Shown in pieces: positions 56,251 to 64,000 of a stretch of DNA of 64,000 bases. Position 1 is the first letter of the stretch. Each line of letters starts with the position of its first letter. Both the position numbers and the translations under genes were made by a program. This DNA comes from a virus. The stretch lies in UHGV virus genome UHGV-0072281; one strand, given 5' to 3'. The notes under the pieces were generated by a model that saw only the letters and a program-made list of their open reading frames with translations, was not told the DNA's origin and searched no databases.

Positions 56251-56969
56251 GATTTTCTCGACGTTTTTTGATTGATATCGATGCGTTGTTTGACACCCGA
56301 ATCGGTTGGGTCAAAGCCATCAAACCTGAAAGATTGGAAATTATGGATTACGACGTTTATCGTCGTCGTTTTACGGAGGAATGGGCGACTGTCTTGGGGT
56401 TTGAGAATTGGAAAGAGGAGTATCAGAAACGCGATAAACGCGCGTTGATGAATGCGGAACCCACCGAACTGTTGTTGACGATGAAGAACGAATTCGAATG
56501 TATGTTACTCGAAATCGAGATGCATTCGCCTATCGAAAAACCGACACTGACGATCAACACCTGGCCGTATACTGACCTTACTGACCAAGAAATGCAAACG
56601 TTCTTGCAGATGTTCCGTATCTATTACGATATGGTGCAGGTTGAGTTAGTGTCGTGGCCGCATTCGGAGCTTACGCCAGGTCGTTTAGCGACAGCTTGGG
56701 ATTGTTGGATAATGTACGATTGGTTCGAGTGGATTGAACTCAATGCGAAACATCTGAAAAAGCCTATCCCTAGCTTTACCATTACGCACCCTGCCCTGCT
56801 AACGCCGGAACTTACAAAAGAGACGGTAGAGCAGCTTAAACGCGATGGTGTGAATCCGTTCAAGGAACACATCCGGTTTATGGCAGAGTGGGTCGGTGTC
56901 GACCCACGTGATTCTGCGTTATTTAGTCTGGCTCGTCCGAAGAAGGACGCGCAAACGCCGCAGTCATAA
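56247..56969 (+). CDS. hypothetical protein
   Basis: 240 aa; ATGA overlap with previous stop. Confidence 0.55.
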   Translation: MRFSRRFLIDIDALFDTRIGWVKAIKPERLEIMDYDVYRRRFTEEWATVLGFENWKEEYQKRDKRALMNAEPTELLLTMKNEFECMLLEIEMHSPIEKPTLTINTWPYTDLTDQEMQTFLQMFRIYYDMVQVELVSWPHSELTPGRLATAWDCWIMYDWFEWIELNAKHLKKPIPSFTITHPALLTPELTKETVEQLKRDGVNPFKEHIRFMAEWVGVDPRDSALFSLARPKKDAQTPQS

Positions 56970-57387
56970 TGGACTTCACGTCAATTTGTTCGCCAACCGG
57001 AGCCAACTCCCCTTCCGAGATTTCTACGTTAGGAATGTCTGGAAGGGTGGGTTGGTAACCATTATTTTCATCAGGTTCTTCGTCGTGACGTTTTATTTTC
57101 ACGTTACCGCGTTGCATCAGAATTGTATTCAGTGCGTTAGCCAAGTCTTGGTTCGCCTCACTGTTTTTCTGGGCAGCGGCAACACGTCGTTTAGAAATGA
57201 TCTGCTTATCTAGGTCGTTTAATAACGTCCCGATACGATCCACGGTCTTTAAGTCTTTGTGAGCATTAGGATCGTCTAAGATTAGATTGACAATTCTGAC
57301 ACGGGCTTGTTGCGTTTGGCGGAGAAGCGATTCTTCGTCGTCTACTTCACCATCTAACGCCTGGTATTTCACTTCTTCTTCAGCCAT
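56923..57387 (-). CDS. hypothetical acidic protein
   Basis: 154 aa; strong GAGGTGG SD; Asp/Glu-rich ends; 3' end overlaps convergent gene by 47 nt. Confidence 0.55.
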   Translation of the reverse strand: MAEEEVKYQALDGEVDDEESLLRQTQQARVRIVNLILDDPNAHKDLKTVDRIGTLLNDLDKQIISKRRVAAAQKNSEANQDLANALNTILMQRGNVKIKRHDEEPDENNGYQPTLPDIPNVEISEGELAPVGEQIDVKSIMTAAFARPSSDEPD

Positions 57388-57420
57388 TTAAAACCACCTC
57401 ATTTTCAAAAAGAAGTCAGA

Positions 57421-57440
57421 CAGATATTATTTACGTGAGA
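57421..57440 (+). promoter_or_regulatory. recurring promoter-like motif, copy 3
   Basis: cagatattatttacgtgaga in the divergent region upstream of gene 57460; contains TATTAT with TTTTCA 17 nt upstream. Confidence 0.3.
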
Positions 57441-57459
57441 CATTCTTTCGGAGTGAATT

Positions 57460-58008
57460 ATGTTTACAGGATTAATAACACGTTTTAAGAAACGTCTACA
57501 GCAAAAGCGTTTACAGGCTCTCAGAGAGTCTCTAAGGCAGGAGTTTCATAAGAACATCCATAACCCCTGCGCGAGAACGTTTAGCGGCTTACGGTTGCTT
57601 ACGTTGCCTATAAACGTAGATACCGAACCCTACCACCCCAGCTTACGTGGTAATCTCGAGTTACGTATCGCTAATCTCGATATTCTTTACCAACGTCTTG
57701 CTTTTTATATCAACGAATACCAACGCACGATTAATGGAACCTCTATCGAGTGGTTATCATTGCCAGAGTCGTTAAGTAAACAAAAAGACTCATCAGAAAA
57801 CCGCTGGTTAGACACTTATTTTGGGACGTCCAATCCGGCGGTTGCCTATTATAAGCTAACGCAGTTACTCGAGCTTATCGAACCTTACGAAGACATTTTC
57901 TTAAAGCCCAAGACCGATGAAGATCGGGCATTGGTAAATCACTGTGCACATTTGTTTCGTGAAATGGAGGTACTCATCGAACACTACCTTTTAAACCGAC
58001 CTGTTTAA
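57460..58008 (+). CDS. hypothetical protein
   Basis: 182 aa; GGAGTGA SD. Confidence 0.6.
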   Translation: MFTGLITRFKKRLQQKRLQALRESLRQEFHKNIHNPCARTFSGLRLLTLPINVDTEPYHPSLRGNLELRIANLDILYQRLAFYINEYQRTINGTSIEWLSLPESLSKQKDSSENRWLDTYFGTSNPAVAYYKLTQLLELIEPYEDIFLKPKTDEDRALVNHCAHLFREMEVLIEHYLLNRPV

Positions 58009-58038
58009 TAATCAGTTAACCCCTTGTAACAAGGTGAA

Positions 58039-58854
58039 GTGATGGATAACGAAGCAAAAGCAAAACTGCAACGAGACGAAGAAGAACGTGCGGGTAAACC
58101 GTTGCAAAAACTTTACTGGGAATATAAAACTCAGATTGGGTGGGAACCTAAAGATTATAAGCTTGCAGTTGCAAGACACATCCTGTCCCCTGATTTCCGC
58201 ACACGTTCGAAGGCCGTTCTCGAAGATCGAGTACAACGCATCTCAACGAAACTTACCTCAGGTAACAACCGTGACTTACCAGTTGACCTTACGTGGCGAG
58301 GTTTCACGGAAGGGTTAGTGATTACCGGGGTGGAATCGTTGAGAATCTGTATAACGACTTACCGTGGACGTTTCCAGACAAAAACCATTTCTGAAGTTAC
58401 CACACGAGTGCGTGACGATCTTATCCGCTACGATTTTGAAGACTGTAACGAGAAACCGACTGCCAGTGCTAGTACGGAACTGAATCGTTTCTTCCGAGAT
58501 TGTGCGGGGACAGCAAAGACGATGGAGCACCCCCTTTCGAGACTCCTGTGGACAATCTTTGCGAATATCAAAATGACTTCGGATTGGTGGCATCGACTTT
58601 CAACGAACTATGTTAATAATCCAGAGAACTGTCTTCCTATCGCTTCTAAACGCAACGACATGCGGCACAATATGCAGCACAACATGCGACTGAAAAAGAA
58701 GCTGTCTTGGAAATGGTTTATGAGGATACTCAAGGCAATTGATGTGAAGAAATTCGATATTCTGTTGACGTTAAAACGCAAGAACGACAACAAGATTTAC
58801 GAAGTCGTTCACACGGTTGACCTCGAGGCTTATCAATTTCGGAGTACAGAATGA
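58039..58854 (+). CDS. hypothetical protein
   Basis: 271 aa; AAGGTGA SD. Confidence 0.6.
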   Translation: MMDNEAKAKLQRDEEERAGKPLQKLYWEYKTQIGWEPKDYKLAVARHILSPDFRTRSKAVLEDRVQRISTKLTSGNNRDLPVDLTWRGFTEGLVITGVESLRICITTYRGRFQTKTISEVTTRVRDDLIRYDFEDCNEKPTASASTELNRFFRDCAGTAKTMEHPLSRLLWTIFANIKMTSDWWHRLSTNYVNNPENCLPIASKRNDMRHNMQHNMRLKKKLSWKWFMRILKAIDVKKFDILLTLKRKNDNKIYEVVHTVDLEAYQFRSTE

Positions 58855-60125
58855 AACTCGATCAGATAACCAGCCAGATTAACAAAGGTCAATCGGCTAT
58901 CGATAACTCGGTTAATACCGCGAAGAATGCGGTTAACCGAGTACAGTCTACGGTAGAGAACGCCGAACGTGGCATTCAGAATACCGTAGATAAAGTCAGC
59001 CAGCTTTCCGATCGTGCCGGTGAAACCTTTAACAAACTCATCAGCGGTGGAAGTGAACTGACCTCAAAAATCGGTAACCTATTCGGCGGTAGTGACATTG
59101 CCAGCGTGGGGGGTACCAAAACAGCAGGCAGCTCCACCTCCGGTGTTTCCCCAGGACAAAAAGTTCCTGGGTTTGCTTCTAACACTAAAGAGACACTACC
59201 TGTTCTCGATCCGCAGAAGCGTGATGTTTCAGAACCTTTCAAAAAGGTTAATGAGGAAGGGCTTAAAGCACTAGGGTATCTGTCACCCGGTGACTCAGGA
59301 AGTTTACTGGGCAAAGGTTGGGACAGCATTTCGTCGCTGAGTGATTCTCTTCTATCAGGAATTGGTACTGACTTCTCCTCCGTGAAGAAGCGTCTCGAAG
59401 GAACGCTGAATATCGCAGGTCAACTGGCTAAGCTTCCTTCAGAAATCAGTCATGAAGTCAACAACTTTATGTCTGAAGTCAACAGTATGCGTTACCAGAT
59501 AACCTCGGTTATTGATGACGTACAACACACGTTTGACAGCTATAAAGACCTTGACGATTTCTTAGCCATCGACAACTTGATTAACAGTTTCAAAGGCAGC
59601 GACAGTTTTTCAGCGTTAGACATTAACACGTCGTCTGCTTTGATCTACGGTCTGTCTACGAAACTTAACAGTTACGGATTGCCTGCAAAAATCGACCCGA
59701 TGATTCAGGCTATCAGTGACGATCAAGCAAAAGAGGCGCTTTACGGGGAGCTGATGATTCAAGCTGCTGCTACCGGTAACTTGGACTCAACAGAATATTA
59801 CCTGAACAAACTTCAGGAAGGTCAGGGCAAACAGATTGCGGAAACCGTGATTCAAAACATCATGGCTAACTTGCGTGTGGAAACCGGTACGAGTTTTAGT
59901 ACGTACGGTACACGAATGTTAGCGTTGTTTAAAGCACTGGATGCCAAATGGGATAAAACGAAAAACGTTACTCCTGAAACCACCGAACTGAAACTTTATA
60001 CTTACGCAGGCGCTAACGCGATACAAGCGCTGATGACCACCGAAAAACGTAACTACGTTTTAGCGGCAGGTAGTGTAAGTTATCAGTCTACCGATGAAAT
60101 CGTGGAAGGCTACTTTGCAATCTAA
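58851..60125 (+). CDS. hypothetical protein (Ser/Gly/Thr-rich N-terminal region)
   Basis: 424 aa; GGAG SD; ATGA overlap with previous gene. Confidence 0.6.
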   Translation: MKLDQITSQINKGQSAIDNSVNTAKNAVNRVQSTVENAERGIQNTVDKVSQLSDRAGETFNKLISGGSELTSKIGNLFGGSDIASVGGTKTAGSSTSGVSPGQKVPGFASNTKETLPVLDPQKRDVSEPFKKVNEEGLKALGYLSPGDSGSLLGKGWDSISSLSDSLLSGIGTDFSSVKKRLEGTLNIAGQLAKLPSEISHEVNNFMSEVNSMRYQITSVIDDVQHTFDSYKDLDDFLAIDNLINSFKGSDSFSALDINTSSALIYGLSTKLNSYGLPAKIDPMIQAISDDQAKEALYGELMIQAAATGNLDSTEYYLNKLQEGQGKQIAETVIQNIMANLRVETGTSFSTYGTRMLALFKALDAKWDKTKNVTPETTELKLYTYAGANAIQALMTTEKRNYVLAAGSVSYQSTDEIVEGYFAI

Positions 60126-60135
60126 GAGGCCGGAT

Positions 60136-60957
60136 ATGTCCGAACCACAATTACTGCGCTCCGTATTAAAGAAAATCAAAAGTCAAAGTGAAGACATTCA
60201 ATCACTGGCTTTAACGCTCGGTTATGCACCGGGTGACTTACGTTCTAAATCCTACGTGAACGCGTCAAGCATTGTACTCACGCCTGATGAGCGCCTTGCT
60301 TATGTCCTATACCTGAGACGGTTAGGCTATGTTTGTGCTTTACCTGAACAACTCCCGTTTACCGATGGGGTGAACCACATCAACTTTTACTCCAACGGTC
60401 GTACTACCGTGGGTAAGATGATCAGTAACTTCTACGCGAAACCCGACGGGTCAAAATTTGACACGATACACGGTCAGTTCCTGACGTTAGAAGGTTACTA
60501 TCACTACTTGCGTATCGTTGACTACATGTTACACATGGGTTACTCGATTAAAACGATGGGACGTCTGGAGACTGAGTTTCCTGATATTCTTCGTTTACGT
60601 ACGTTAACAGGTACTGAGTGTATTCAGTTAGGTCGTCGATTAAAAGCGGCAATTTACGGGAAAACGGATTACCGTCCCGGTGAGTTTAGTAGCTACGCGA
60701 CTGGCGCATTTAAGAATGCACTGCTGCGTAAGTTGCACCAGTTGCAATACGACGGGTCTTGTTTAGGTAATACCCTGTCTTACTGCCATTCGATGAATCT
60801 TCCGTTCTTGCATTATTACGTCATGAACGGTCGGGTGATTACACCACCACATTCTGAATGGCTTCCTAATCTGGTGGTTTCTATTATTGAAAACATCGAC
60901 TATAACGACTCGACGTTCGATATTACGGACGTCAGTGAACGTATGGGATTAATCTAA
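60136..60957 (+). CDS. hypothetical protein
   Basis: ORF 60094..60957; start moved to ATG 60136 after TAAGAGG. Confidence 0.55.
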   Translation: MSEPQLLRSVLKKIKSQSEDIQSLALTLGYAPGDLRSKSYVNASSIVLTPDERLAYVLYLRRLGYVCALPEQLPFTDGVNHINFYSNGRTTVGKMISNFYAKPDGSKFDTIHGQFLTLEGYYHYLRIVDYMLHMGYSIKTMGRLETEFPDILRLRTLTGTECIQLGRRLKAAIYGKTDYRPGEFSSYATGAFKNALLRKLHQLQYDGSCLGNTLSYCHSMNLPFLHYYVMNGRVITPPHSEWLPNLVVSIIENIDYNDSTFDITDVSERMGLI

Positions 60958-61616
60958 TGGGATTGTTCGATACCCTAGCGCGGCTGGATAAAGCGCAGGA
61001 AGAAGAAATCATTCGTGTTGCTGGTGAGTCCATTAAACACGAAGTCGAAAAGGAATACTGCGTTTGGGTAAAACCTACGCAAGCGGGATGGGATTGGCTC
61101 CACGCACAAGAAGCCAAGATGTTCATGGACATTCTCATGCCGATAGAAGGTGGGCGTCGTCGTATCCGTATTAAAGAAGACGGTACGGCACAGCTAACGC
61201 TTAAACGTAAATTCCAGGACGGAAAGGTTGAAGAGAATTCGGATATCGGTATTAGTTCTGCACTCTCTTTTTACAAAGACGGTTATTTGGCACACCTGGT
61301 GAAACGTATTCACTTAGAGCCGGGTGAATTAGCCGATAAAGGGGCTAAGCATTGGGATATTGATATTTTCACTATCACCACCGGACACCCTGCAATTGAA
61401 GTTTCAGCTGACTTTAACGATCTTATCACCGAGATGCGTAGTAGTACCAGCGTTGGTGACTGGGTGAAAGTTGAACTGGAAGTCGAACGTTACGAGATTG
61501 CAGATGTTCTGTCTGTGATTCCGTTTGAGTTTGACGGCCATATTCCGGCTACGCCGAAAGATCCTGAAGACCAAGAATATCTTCGTGATTACTGGGATTC
61601 AGTTACCCGTATGTAA
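60957..61616 (+). CDS. hypothetical protein
   Basis: 219 aa; TAATG overlap; followed by terminator. Confidence 0.6.
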   Translation: MGLFDTLARLDKAQEEEIIRVAGESIKHEVEKEYCVWVKPTQAGWDWLHAQEAKMFMDILMPIEGGRRRIRIKEDGTAQLTLKRKFQDGKVEENSDIGISSALSFYKDGYLAHLVKRIHLEPGELADKGAKHWDIDIFTITTGHPAIEVSADFNDLITEMRSSTSVGDWVKVELEVERYEIADVLSVIPFEFDGHIPATPKDPEDQEYLRDYWDSVTRM

Positions 61617-61632
61617 CACCTACCCTACTCCT

Positions 61633-61670
61633 AGACAGGAGTAGGGTATTTTCATTTTTTACCCTAAAGG
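61633..61670 (+). terminator. intrinsic terminator (CCCTACTCC stem family)
   Basis: ccctactcc-tagaca-ggagtaggg then tattttcatttttt. Confidence 0.7.
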
Positions 61671-61680
61671 AGAATTTACC

Positions 61681-62034
61681 ATGCAAGCTCAGTTTTTTAA
61701 TACCCCCAACGGGTTCGGTTTTAGATTCCCTGAATTTGTTATTGAAGTACCACTCACACGTGGTGTGCTATTAAAACTACGCACCGTACTGGCCAACTTC
61801 TCAGGAAAGACTGTGGAAATTCGTGTGTGGGAAGGTTCGGAAAATCCTGACGGTGTTATGTTTGTCGATTACAATTGGATTAAAAGAACTGGTTTTCCGC
61901 TTGTACGAATTGTTGAGGCTGTTCATGGTTTACCCTTCCACAGTCTGCTGGGAAATATAACATTACCTGAAACCGGCAATTATTCTTCCCCTGCTGATGA
62001 TGAATACCAAATTCATCTTGTTTTGTTGAAATAA
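61681..62034 (+). CDS. hypothetical protein
   Basis: 117 aa; CTAAAGGAG SD. Confidence 0.6.
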   Translation: MQAQFFNTPNGFGFRFPEFVIEVPLTRGVLLKLRTVLANFSGKTVEIRVWEGSENPDGVMFVDYNWIKRTGFPLVRIVEAVHGLPFHSLLGNITLPETGNYSSPADDEYQIHLVLLK

Positions 62035-62094
62035 TTTTTACAGTTGGGAACAAACTTATGTCTCCCAAGGCTACGTTTAAGCGGAGAAACAATT

Positions 62095-62637
62095 ATGCGT
62101 GGATATATTCTCGATCTTGCAATTTCTGTAGAAGAACTTGTGGAAAAACTCGGCGGTACTGGTCGCGGACTTCATGAGAAGACCAAAAGCATAGCCTATC
62201 TTCTCGAACCAAAATACGAACGGAAACTCCACATGATTGCCTCCGTTCGCAACAAATCCAACCACAGGAGAATTCTCCCCGATCGCATAGACGTCTATGA
62301 ACAGGCTGTGGAAGAAACGAGGCTCTATTTAGAAGATCTGATCAGAAAAATTGAAGAACGGAAACGTCGATATGAAACGGAAATAAATTCGGCGGAAATA
62401 AATACTCGCTATCTAACACGTGAAGAGGCGTGGAGAAAACTAGCAGACGAGATCGAACGTCATGATAAGGATGTGGCGCGTATGGGGGAGTATGCCAGGA
62501 CAACGGGTATAGACCCGGCTACTGCGAAAGAGAAGAAATGGTCTGATTTGACTGTAGTAGAAAAGATAGGTTGGGGTGCCGGTATTGCAATCATGGGAGC
62601 TGCGGTTGCGTACCTTAAAATAAAGTCTCGTGACTAA
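62095..62637 (+). CDS. hypothetical protein with C-terminal transmembrane anchor
   Basis: ORF 62044..62637 (TTG); start moved to ATG 62095 after GGAGAAA; charged helical region then IGWGAGIAIMGAAVAYLKI. Confidence 0.5.
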   Translation: MRGYILDLAISVEELVEKLGGTGRGLHEKTKSIAYLLEPKYERKLHMIASVRNKSNHRRILPDRIDVYEQAVEETRLYLEDLIRKIEERKRRYETEINSAEINTRYLTREEAWRKLADEIERHDKDVARMGEYARTTGIDPATAKEKKWSDLTVVEKIGWGAGIAIMGAAVAYLKIKSRD

Positions 62638-62651
62638 ATCGGGTATCGGAA

Positions 62652-63197
62652 ATGAAACAAAAACAGTTAACTGATCACGTTAATGCGTTTAAACACTTTC
62701 TGGATAACGCGGGTATAAAACCTGGCGAACAGGCAGACGCATGGACTGCACGTCTATACGGAAGTATCGGCAAAGTCTGTGAATCCACGACAACACACGA
62801 CGGATTGTTTGTTGCTAAAGCAGTAGGCATTGCCTTGTGGGATATTGCCGCTTTAGTTTACGTGATGAATAACGGGGATTTACGCCCCCTTGAAAAATCG
62901 TTACACCGACTACTGGCCATTAAGAAATGGAAAAATGAACATCCTGAGTCAATCGCGGTTACGTTGATACCAGAAGCGGTACTTGCTATCAAAGCGGTAC
63001 GCAGTTGTACCGCCCGTGCACAAATGGAGCGTCGATTACATCTCACGACGCTCTTTTATCAATTGGCCAGAATTGTAAAAATGAACGGCCTAATCTTCGA
63101 CCGGGTTCTACAGAACGGACGTATAAGTTGGACAGAAGAACTAAGTAGTTCTCCGTTCTATACAAAACTAAAACTTAAAGACATTTTGAAGGGTTAA
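62652..63197 (+). CDS. hypothetical protein
   Basis: 181 aa ORF. Confidence 0.55.
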   Translation: MKQKQLTDHVNAFKHFLDNAGIKPGEQADAWTARLYGSIGKVCESTTTHDGLFVAKAVGIALWDIAALVYVMNNGDLRPLEKSLHRLLAIKKWKNEHPESIAVTLIPEAVLAIKAVRSCTARAQMERRLHLTTLFYQLARIVKMNGLIFDRVLQNGRISWTEELSSSPFYTKLKLKDILKG

Positions 63198-63198
63198 C

Positions 63199-63507
63199 AT
63201 GGAAAACTATTCAGGTTGGGCAATTTCGCAGTGCATTGGCTATTCTTTACGTTCTTTAGTGCGTACACTTTATAACAAAAACTCGGGCGAAGCTATTACA
63301 CCGCAGTTATTGGGCAAATTGGAAGTCGAAGTTAACTATAAACTAAAACAGTTACTCGATAATCACGTAAGAACAATGCGTTGGGAGTTCTTGCTACGTG
63401 GTAAGAAGCCTTCAATTACCGTTGTAGCAGAAGGCAGTGAAATCGTTCTCCAATCCAACGCAGACCTGTTTGAAATTTTAACTGAACTCGAAAAGGACAA
63501 AATCTAA
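63199..63507 (+). CDS. hypothetical protein
   Basis: 102 aa; 1-nt gap to previous stop. Confidence 0.55.
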   Translation: MENYSGWAISQCIGYSLRSLVRTLYNKNSGEAITPQLLGKLEVEVNYKLKQLLDNHVRTMRWEFLLRGKKPSITVVAEGSEIVLQSNADLFEILTELEKDKI

Positions 63508-63827
63508 TGACTGTGAACGACAATATAAAGAAAAAGATTGACGAGATTATAAGCGTCAGTTTAGATAGAATCGAGTTAATTCCCGAGACTAAGGAAATCA
63601 AATACTACGTTCCCGCAGACGAACTATTTCCAGGTCTTCTTAGAATCTCACCAAAAAAGGTTGAAGAGGCTAAACGCCAATTCGAAGTTCGTGGCCTTAA
63701 GGTTGACATTGTTAACAAAAAACATTTTCATGTAACGTATAGCCAGGAAAACATTATTTTTAGTCCTGAGCAAGCGCAACGTAATTTAGATATTTTAACG
63801 AAACGAATGGGGAATAATAACAAATGA
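63507..63827 (+). CDS. hypothetical protein
   Basis: 106 aa; TAATG overlap. Confidence 0.55.
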   Translation: MTVNDNIKKKIDEIISVSLDRIELIPETKEIKYYVPADELFPGLLRISPKKVEEAKRQFEVRGLKVDIVNKKHFHVTYSQENIIFSPEQAQRNLDILTKRMGNNNK

Positions 63828-64000
63828 AACAGTATTTAGCGTTAATGCAAGACATTCTGGATAACGGCGTTGTCAAAAAAGACCGTACAGGTGTAGGGAC
63901 ACTTTCTGTATTTGGTCGCCAACTACGTTTTGACCTGAAAGAAGGTTTCCCATTAGTTACTACGAAAAAGGTTCACCTGAAAAGTATCATTCATGAACTG
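63824..64000 (+). CDS. thyA: thymidylate synthase (ThyA family), partial (N-terminus only, runs off window end)
   Basis: GGGGAA SD; [59 protein letters not shown] closely matches the ThyA N-terminus as remembered (DRTGTGT...FPLVTTK...IIHEL). Confidence 0.85.
   Translation, partial: MKQYLALMQDILDNGVVKKDRTGVGTLSVFGRQLRFDLKEGFPLVTTKKVHLKSIIHEL

Noticed and set aside
1-64000. Integrase, transposase, or attachment-site repeats indicating a prophage or mobile element
   Set aside because: No recombinase-like ORF or long flanking direct repeats recognised; the content fits a virulent phage genome segment.

Overview
This window reads as a densely coded ~64 kb stretch of a large virulent dsDNA phage, probably of an enterobacterial host; that is an inference from gene content, since no searches could be run. 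Coordinates 1-23.4 kb are mostly a minus-strand block: four very large fibre/spike-like genes (401, 1727, 1394 and 1441 aa) that share an N-terminal motif, followed in the same orientation by the most unusual region. That region is a radical SAM cluster: two paralogous radical SAM enzymes, a third radical SAM enzyme with a SPASM-type Cys motif, and three cysteine-rich leader-plus-core peptides whose cores repeat Cys every fourth residue (CXXX-repeat, RiPP-like). From 26.6 kb to the end almost everything is plus-strand: short genes with Shine-Dalgarno sites (often CTAAAGGAG) and many intrinsic terminators. Recognisable products there are a Rad50/SbcC-like ATPase, a GNAT acetyltransferase, a macrodomain protein, a signal-peptide lytic transglycosylase, a DEDDh exonuclease, an RNase HI-domain protein, a divergent UvsX/RecA-like ATPase and the start of thymidylate synthase. 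There are also several tandem paralog families and a run of five small secreted proteins. No tRNA, rRNA, CRISPR array, integrase or transposase was detected. Product calls rest on motifs read from the translations and remembered family signatures; starts were adjusted where an SD-supported start codon (ATG, GTG or TTG) was more plausible than the longest ORF.
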